A DNA stretch of 58,345 nucleotides, filler included, from Sphacelaria rigidula (Eukaryota): assembly GCA_964200075.2 (NCBI GenBank). It is 3 parts of 3 records of this genome, joined end to end, with 100 filler letters (N's around TTAATTAATTAA, not from the genome) between each part and the next. Parts side by side here need not be neighbours in the genome. Positions count along the whole stretch, not along the records: positions 38,972 to 58,345 come from CAXNAA020000678.1; 2 more parts are not named here. The stretch is one strand, 5' to 3'. Both the position numbers and the translations under genes were made by a program. The notes beneath the pieces were generated by a model. That model did not search any database. It had not been told where the DNA came from and was given only the letters and a program-made list of their open reading frames with translations. This document shows positions 50,301 through 58,345 of this stretch, one piece after another; the stretch's first letter is position 1; each line of letters starts with the position of its first letter.

Positions 50301-53300
50301 CATCATCAGAGTGTGGCCAACTAATCCTGACCAATTCACGTTATCTGAACATGACCCTGACCTTGTTGGTGCTAAGGTGTCCGTTGATCCTGCTACCTTC
50401 ACTATCCGCGTAGCATTACACTGCGGCCCTTACGCCACCGCGCGCGCCAAGTGCGTCTCGTTGTTAGACAGCGGTAGTCCACAGACATTCATCAACGAAC
50501 CCATGTGGAATCATATGAAGCAGACTAGCGCTGCTTCCGATGCCTGCGAAATCATCACCAACCTCGCGTTTGGGGCGATTTTCGGCGACTCCAAAACACC
50601 CTTGCCGACACGAAACTCTGTTCGTCTTAGTGTACAAATTTCCACAATGATACACGTTCTACTAGTCTCGCAGTCTGGGCTTACATCGTCCCTGACAGCA
50701 CCATGCATCATGCTCTCCTCCATGGCAGAGATAGTTGCATGCGGTTCGACCAACGCACATACCGCACCCTTCCACCATTATCGCCTAAGTCGGCACCTCG
50801 TGAAGAACTCCAACTAGAACACTTTGGTACCCTCAATGGTGTCTTAGCCTACAAACAAAATGAGCAGGCTACCGGAGTGGCTTACCACCTTCGGTACAAT
50901 GGCACTTCTGGTGTCACCCTTTCCGATGAACCTCAACTCTTAGAAGTTTCGCTTGTTCGCCGCAACGGCATGCCTGCCCTCACCGGCCACTACCTTGCGG
51001 AATTGCTGCCTAAAGTTGGTGCGCCCGCTGGCACTGAGCATTTTGTCTCGGACGGCGAACAACTCCTGCTTCTCACAGGCCACGCTAATCTGGAACCTGG
51101 CGATGTCTTGGGCATCGCCGCGGCTCCTCTTATGCACATTCCTCTGGATACCTGTGTAGCCAATCTTCCGGCGCCTGATTCCACACCGCCGAGTGATGGT
51201 TTCGTTCACTGCGTTGATGAGCCATACTTTTATCTATCCCCCTCACCCCCGACTCGGATTTCTGCGGTAAAATCCGACCGACCCCCTGCTGAACCTCCTG
51301 ATGAAGTGCTTCAACGCTTATCAATCGAGTCTCGGGAACATGTCTTGCAAATGTGGCACCAACTTCCACCCCATTTGCGTGATATTCATTTTGACCTACA
51401 TGATCCGGGCTGGGAGTCCCCCGTCATCCAAGAGCTACAAGATGTTCTCCTGGAATATCAGGACAGATTTTCACGATCCAAGACGGACCTCGGGCATTGT
51501 AAAACATTGCCATTCGAGATCACTCTGCAACCTGGCGTTTCGCCAATCTCATCTCGACCATATCGAACGAATCCCCTCCTCACAAAAAAAGTCAATGCTA
51601 TATTGGATGCATACTTAGGAGCTGGTCTGATTCAACACTCGTCTTCGCCATGGGCCTCACCCCTCGTGGTCGTCCCCAAAAAGATGGCAACATACGCATC
51701 ACCGTAAACTACAAAGGGCTGAACCGGCTGAACTGCGTCACTGTCGGGGGAAAACTCCCCATACCTCGCATCGACGAAGTCTTCGACTCTCTTGGCGAGA
51801 AAAAAATATTCAGCACTTTCGATCTGGCATCTGGATTTTTCCAAAATGCAATTCACCCCGATACAGTCCCCTTGGTAACAACGTTCTGTACATCTTCAGG
51901 GCTTTTTGAATGGCTTCGTATGCCACAAGGCGCTGCCACCGCACCGGGCTGCTTTCAACGCCTCATGCAAGGCGTTACGGACGGTCTCGGGCATGTTATC
52001 ATGTATCTAGACGACGCTATCGCTTTTGATGCCTCCCCCAAGGCACACGTTCGCACTCTACGGGAAGTTCTCTCCCGCTTGCGTATACACGACTTGAAAT
52101 GATCTCCATCCAAAGCTCGACTCGGAGCCACTGAATTGGATTTTTTGGGACACTCTATCTCTCCTGCTGGATTGCACCCAGACACGAACAAGGTCAAGGC
52201 TATGACTGATATGCCCATGCCCACCAATATTTCGCAGCTTCGCTCGCTGGTGGGTGGACTTTCATATTATCGCAAATTTTTGCCCAACTTGTCCAAGCGG
52301 ATCCGGCCTATCACAGATTTACTGAAGAAAAACGTCCCGTTTGTCTTCACTGAAGAAATGGAAGCCACCGTCCGTGAACTGCTCAAACACTGACCGAAAA
52401 ACCGGTTCTTTATTTTCTGGATTGGGATGCGGTACAAGACGGCTCACGTCTTTTCCAACTATACACCGATGCTAGCACAGTTGAGTTCGGCGCCGTTTTG
52501 AATCAGCCTCAACTGGATGGCTCTGTCCGACCTATTTTGTACATGAGCCGCGCAACCCTCCCAAATGAGGCAAACTGGAGTCCACTCGAACTAGAAGGCG
52601 GAGTCATAACTTGGGCTATTTAACGGCTTTGACAGTACTTGTTCCACGTGCCTTTCCACATCTATACAGATCACGGACCTCTTGAAAAATTCGCCAATGT
52701 TGGAGAACATACCCCGTGCAACGGTGGCTGGAGTTCTTGACTACTTACCAGTACACTGTTAAACACCGTCCGGGGAAATCCAACGGCAATACTGACCTTC
52801 TTTCGCGATTGCTTCTGCCCCCTACAGCGGTAGATTTCAGTCCCGCTTGCCGCTTGACAGAACCTGACAAACCAAGCGTCTACCCCATTCGGCGTTTTTC
52901 TACGCACTTGACCTGCAATGCCCTGAAACAGGTCCGCACATGGGGGGCTCCCGCCCTCTGCCCCCTAATACAGTTTTGGATGGCTTAGCGCCAACAGCTG
53001 CTGATTTTGCCGACTTCCGCACTTTCGGCCTTCGCGCGAACATCTCGGCGCCGCCACCACCAACTGTCCACCTCATCTCCGACAACACGCGCTCTCGGTC
53101 GGCAGCTCGTGCAAATTCTTCGCGTGCTGTGATGCCACCACCGCCACCGGCCACTTCTAGCAATGCGTCGCCGCCGCCGCCTCGTGCCCCCACGGGCCGT
53201 ACCACGCCTATAAAAACCGGCCGCGTGCCCACTATTGTACCAACACCGCCCACGCCCCTTGTGCGCCCAACGCGCCGATCGCGTTCACCAGTTCGCGCTA

Positions 53301-55693
53301 CCCCCACGCCGCCTTCTGGGAGTCTCCCAGCACCTGCGCCACTGACTCGCGATACACATGCGTCAGATCCGCTCCCGGATAAAGATGTTGACGTCGGCAC
53401 CCCTGCTTCTTCACCTGTGCTACCCCCTCCTGAGCCACCATGTTTGGTTGGTTCTCCGGCTGAAGGACAACTTCGGGAATTTCTCGCTAGCTATTTTCAC
53501 CGCAATTGGGCTCGCGACCAACAACAAGAACCGCTCCGTCGTGCGACAATGCGGTGCTTACGGCTCAACTGCCCCACCCCTTTCCCGGCTGAGATCCTGA
53601 CACCCGTGGGCACTCTACCCGCCCCCACCGCCTCTGAAGTGCTTGAGCTGGCACGCAAAGGTACTATCGTCGCGACTGACGACGACGTCCATTTGCTTGT
53701 TCTCCGAATCAACTCCCATTTGGGCACGGCTGCCGCAGTGACAACTGCCGCTCGGGCACGTATGCGTCATGACGCCCCTATCCGCATCTATGTCCCTATC
53801 ATGATGCGTCCGTGGGTCATGAAGGGCTGTCACTCTGATTTGTCCTGCCACTTAGACGTCACGCGTACGTTAGCGCTCCTGGAACGCTTTTATTGGTGGA
53901 TTGCCATGGAAGCATCCACGCGTTTTTGGGTCCAACGATGTTTCAAATGTCAGGCTCGCAAAGCCTCTCGACAGACTGTACGGTGGCCGGTGATTTCCAT
54001 GGAGCTTCCTAACGCTCCTGGTCACTTCGTATCGTTTGACTACTTCGGCCCTTTACCCCCAACTGACCGTGGTAATACCTACATTCTACTTTTCACAGAC
54101 CGCTTCAGCCGTCACGCGGCTATATGCTGTTACTGCTAGCGATTTCACTGCTGCCAGTACAGCGGACATTCTCGTCCATGACTACATTAAGCACTATGGC
54201 TGCCCGAAACGGCTTCTCTCCGACAAAGGTCAACAATTTTTCTCCGAACTCTCGGATGATATGTACAAGCTCCTCGGCATTCGCAAAATTGCCACGAGCG
54301 CGTACCACCCTAACGGTAACGGTAGGCTGAACGTGTGAACCACGCGCTGGCTCAAATGTTATCCATGGTCGTAAACGACCGACAAAATGACTGGGACCTT
54401 CATCTTTCGCATGCCATGCTGTCTTACAACAATTCGGTAAACGCGGCTACGGGCCTCTCGCCCAACGAGCTGCATCTTGGACGCTACCCTCGTCTGCCCA
54501 TCACCGTTTTCGAAAGACATACCTTCGATGGTCACCAAGGTCTGCAACAGGATCAGATGTCCTACCACGACCTCGCCAGGGCTCGTCAGCGCAAGGCTTT
54601 CACTTTGGTGCGCGAACAACACGCTATCAACGCCTCACGCCTTGAAGTATCCAATACCGCCCTCTACAACTTGATGTACAAACGCCCTACTTAGAAGATC
54701 GGCGATTGGGTCTGGATCTACAACAGTTTGTCCACCATCCGTCCAGGCGCTGACCGTACTGCCCAGGCAACAGTCTTGAAGACCAAACTGTCCCTCAACT
54801 GGACGGGCCCGTTCAAGATTCTCATAGTCGGACCCTCGCCGACGTCTCCTGACGGCAAGCCTGTTGGCGACAAACTCCTTTACGTCGATTTACGTCGTGA
54901 CCTCCACGGGCACGACGCTAAATCTCGCGTCCCTGTGCATCTTTGCAAGCCTTGCACGAACCCGCATGATACTACGGACATGCCTCAATACCTGCCTGCA
55001 GATCTCACTCAATACGCGCTCAACAGCTACTCAACAAAATCTCCACCGTACCACGTTACCACCGATGACGTGACTGAACAACCTCTCCGCTTGGTCGTGT
55101 CCCACATTTCCGGTCACCAGATCACTCGAGGCCTTGGCGGCAAAATTGTCGTCATGGGCAAGACACACTGGCAATGTCTTCGGCGTGCGTCTTGGGAACG
55201 CGAGTCCGACCTTCAACTGCACCGTCGTACTATCCTTCTCTATTGGACACAATCCCCACAGCAACAGCTCGCTGACAACAAGGGATATCGCAACATGAGA
55301 CGCGGCGCCGCAGCCCGCGAACTCCACCGCAACAAAGGACTACGTTTTGTAGCCGATGGTTACGAACTCGTACCCACTAAACAATGGGACGAAAAGATTC
55401 GCGCACAACAACAACCGCTCCCTAAAGGTGCCTACTTGTGGAATAAGGGCAGCGATTACCTCTGGTGGCTAGGTCAGATCCACTCCGTCGATGCCCCCGC
55501 GGCCGACACGTACATCGTGCGTTTCCTCGACGATCCTGGGCACGCTCAGCTCAAGCTCCGCCCCGATTCTTACACGACCAGCCCCTCCGCACCCCGCGGC
55601 TCCTGGTGCCTACAACGCCTCAAGTCACACGGCCTACGCCGAGGTCTTCAGCGCAATATCGATCGTACACACGACATCAATGCACCATCTTGA
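50266..55693 (+). pseudogene. pol: Gypsy pol polyprotein pseudogene (protease, RT, RNase H, integrase, chromodomain, PWWP-like tail)
   Basis: Consecutive ORF fragments 50266-50817, 50703-51707, 51650-52102, 52136-52393, 52940-54139, 54335-54694, 54728-55693, broken by frameshifts and in-frame stops (e.g. 52100, 52621, 54137, 54692). Confidence 0.92.
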
Positions 55694-56781
55694 GTCCTAT
55701 CTCTTCGCACTCCCTTTATCGCGATTTTTATCTCCCCTCCCAGTTTGGTTCTGGTACTTCCCTTGTTCCCACTCAGGTACGCTCTCCTCTTTACTGCTTC
55801 ACCTACGATGGCTCTCCTATCGCGACTCGTCTCTACTCTCATCAGCCCCTTCGACGACTTCCTCTGGACCCCCTTCGCCCCCTTCCATTGGCTCTACGCT
55901 GCCGCCACCTTGTCTGGCTGGCACTCGACCCTCTTCGGGTCCTTGAGTTTTTGTTTTCCTGCTTGAGATTGCCACTGTGTCCTTTGCGAGGTTTTCCTTT
56001 GCTTTTTATCTAGCTAGCGCGTCAAAGCATTGCGTGCTTTTTCCGTCTGTTCGCTAGCTTGTAGCAGCCTCGTGTGCTACTGCGCAGTCAACCGCAATTG
56101 CGTAATTGCGCTTTTTGAGGCACCTTTGGTTTTTCTTGTTTAAGGTGTGGAAGGATCGGGCACCGGGCTGGTCATTGCCCTCTTGTTTTTTTTTCGCGTT
56201 GTCTCCTCATGACTTGATGGGTGAGACAAGCCTCAATTTTAGTTGCTCTTGAGACTTCATCGCAACTCAAATAGAGGTTCGTCTGGGTGGGTGAGTGTCA
56301 TGAGGAAGGAAGATAGAGAGGCGTTATTTGTTCCCACAGACAACTTTGGGGCAGGTTGGCTCACAGATCACTCGATCCATCCATGGGAATGCTCCCATAG
56401 TTCTGGGGAAGGTTGATGTACAGACTACGTTCTGGGGAAGGTTGGTGTACAGACTGGTGTACCCTAGCTGGGGAAGGTTAGTGTGCAGGCTGATATGCCC
56501 TAGTCCGGAGGAGGCGAAACGCCTTCTCGGGCCGAGGTCGGATAGGTTGCGTTCCATGCACACTCGCTCACTCTTGAGCTGCTCTTCGAGCCGGACATCT
56601 GCTTCTACTGTTTACTTTTGGGGAGAACAGCTGTTATGGATCGCGGCATGCATGAAGGTAGGGCAGTACGATGATGGGCCCATCTAATCTGATGGAAAAG
56701 TCCCGGAGGGCTGACTGCCGGAACTGGCAATGTGCCGCAGTCAAGGGGGAGGATGTTTGAGCCCGTACGAAGACGGTGACA
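50300..56781 (+). mobile_element. Degenerate Ty3/Gypsy (chromovirus-like) LTR retrotransposon, 5'-truncated (no gag or 5' LTR seen; left boundary approximate)
   Basis: Domain order PR-RT-RH-INT. PR LLDSGS (~50460). RT SPWASPLVVVPKKDG, FDLASGFFQ, RMPQG, YLDD (~52005). RNase H YTDAS...YTDH. Integrase HHCC (CHSDLSCH...CFKC), FDYFGP, LSDKG, YHPNGNG, WTGPF. A 3' LTR follows. Confidence 0.95.
56296..56781 (+). repeat. 3' LTR of the Gypsy element (~486 bp)
   Basis: Starts TGTCA and ends TGACA (inverted termini). Directly preceded by purine-rich GGGTGGGTGAG (PPT-like). Internal ~30-bp direct repeats CTGGGGAAGGTT at 56403-56500. Confidence 0.75.
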
Positions 56782-58345
56782 TAAACATGCCTCCTTACAT
56801 CCGACTTGAACTCGGTTCTTTCAGAATCGGTGAAAGCCGGCCCCCTGGTTTTTACTCCTAAGGAAGGGAACGAAGTGACCTGAAAAATGATATTCAAAAC
56901 CACCAGTGCATAAGAGAAATACCATCGCCTGAAGCTGTGAACAAGATACGCTGACATTGAGGATGAGCTGTTCTTCGTTAAACTGATCATCCCTTGTGCT
57001 GGAAAATCGTTTTGCCCTGCGACAAGTGGTGAGCGAGTACGTACCAATCACTGCATGCGGTACTGCACATGGATGAATATGCCGCATGTTTGGTTGAAGT
57101 AGGAAATTTCACTTTATACCCCTGTCTTGTGATGATCCGTCATCACAGTGCTTGAGCAGCGATCATGGTAATCATAACAATTGAGACAGTAGTAAAAACG
57201 AACTAGTTCATGGACAAGCCAGAGAGGCTCCTTTACAGGTTGTTTGTAACACAGTGTGCTAGGCGAGCCAGGAAATAATAAGTGAGAGTTACAAGACATC
57301 AAGCCTTTGAGCTTCTTTTGCCTGCTTGCTACTGTTGACCATCGGTAACGTGAGCCTACCTGTGAATCATACAGCTTTCGGACACATCATTGCTCCTCGT
57401 GCATAGCTTATTACACATCGATCTATCAAGGAAGGTGTGTGGAATCTGTACATACCGCTCCTTATTACAACATGGTTTCATACCTTGTTCGCAGGATGGT
57501 CTTATGTCGTGATCACAAACTGAGCCTGGGTTCCAGCTGCCGTTACGCAGAACAATGATTGATATAATATAAGAGTATTGGATTAAAGTATACACCAACG
57601 TATAAGCTATAGCAGGTGTACGAGATACGAATAAAGAAGGGTCCCGCATGCAGACGCCCTGCGTGTGTTTCAGTCTGCGTGCAGAATAACGAATGACTTG
57701 GATCTAGTGGAAACTGGATAATAGTTGTATCATCCAGCTTTTAATTAGTCGTGCTCGGTTTTGAGAAGAACTTGGCTTGGTGATATATCTCAGATATACG
57801 CGCAGTGCGATACAAGTAGGTTCAGCCAACAACAGGAAGTTGCAGTTGAACGTAGAAATATGGGGGACTGGAGTTCTGCTATTTGCGAAGAGAATGGACA
57901 CCATGGATGCATGTGTGAATGTAAATGGGGGTTCATGGGGGATTTGAGCGTGTGCTGCTTGCCCACCAGGGTCAGTCTTCCGAGAAGCTACATCAGCAGC
58001 AAGTCAAAGACCATTGTGCACTCTAAGCAGTATAATGAAGCCTCAACCAACAACGTATTTTTGGGACACCAGCTCGACACCTCTTGGCGACGATCAGCAA
58101 GCCGCACCACAAGCGAGAACTCTGAACAACCCCAGCCCGTGAACCTACGAGAACATCACAAGCCAGTTGTAGTTCTAACAGTACCGTACAGTAGTAGGCA
58201 GCACTTTCAAACAACAGACAAGGCCGCATCGTGATGATTTCCCAACATGCCACCCATCAGTGTGGTGCAAGAAGTCATGACCTCTAACGAAATGGCAATG
58301 TAGCCAGGTGTAGTACTGCTTGTGCTTTGTAGACTACGAATCGTT

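Overview
Eukaryotic, intron-rich, repeat-rich DNA. The gene style and protein types suggest a stramenopile, most likely a brown alga (inference). The window is not one locus. It is three segments (1-19388, 19489-38871, 38972-58345; lengths 19388, 19383 and 19374 bp) joined by artificial 100-bp N44-TTAATTAATTAA-N44 linkers, apparently size-sorted unlinked contigs. Segment 1 holds a ~460-bp fold-back, MITE/TE debris and 13 in-frame exons (+) of a large fibronectin type III / repeat surface protein, with an intronic LINE remnant. Segment 2 holds the first six exons (-) of a myosin with N-terminal GYF_2, PPLP, WW and SH3-like modules, plus SINE-like heads and a cluster of MITEs/hairpins. Segment 3 holds unidentified decayed coding sequence, an array of a conserved palindromic motif spaced ~145 bp apart, and a decayed, 5'-truncated Ty3/Gypsy element with its 3' LTR. 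The Gypsy integrase tail seems to carry both a chromodomain and a PWWP/Tudor-like domain. Short poly(C)-tailed micro-elements and a ~108-bp piggyBac-like MITE recur across segments. All alignments were done by eye; no database searches were run.
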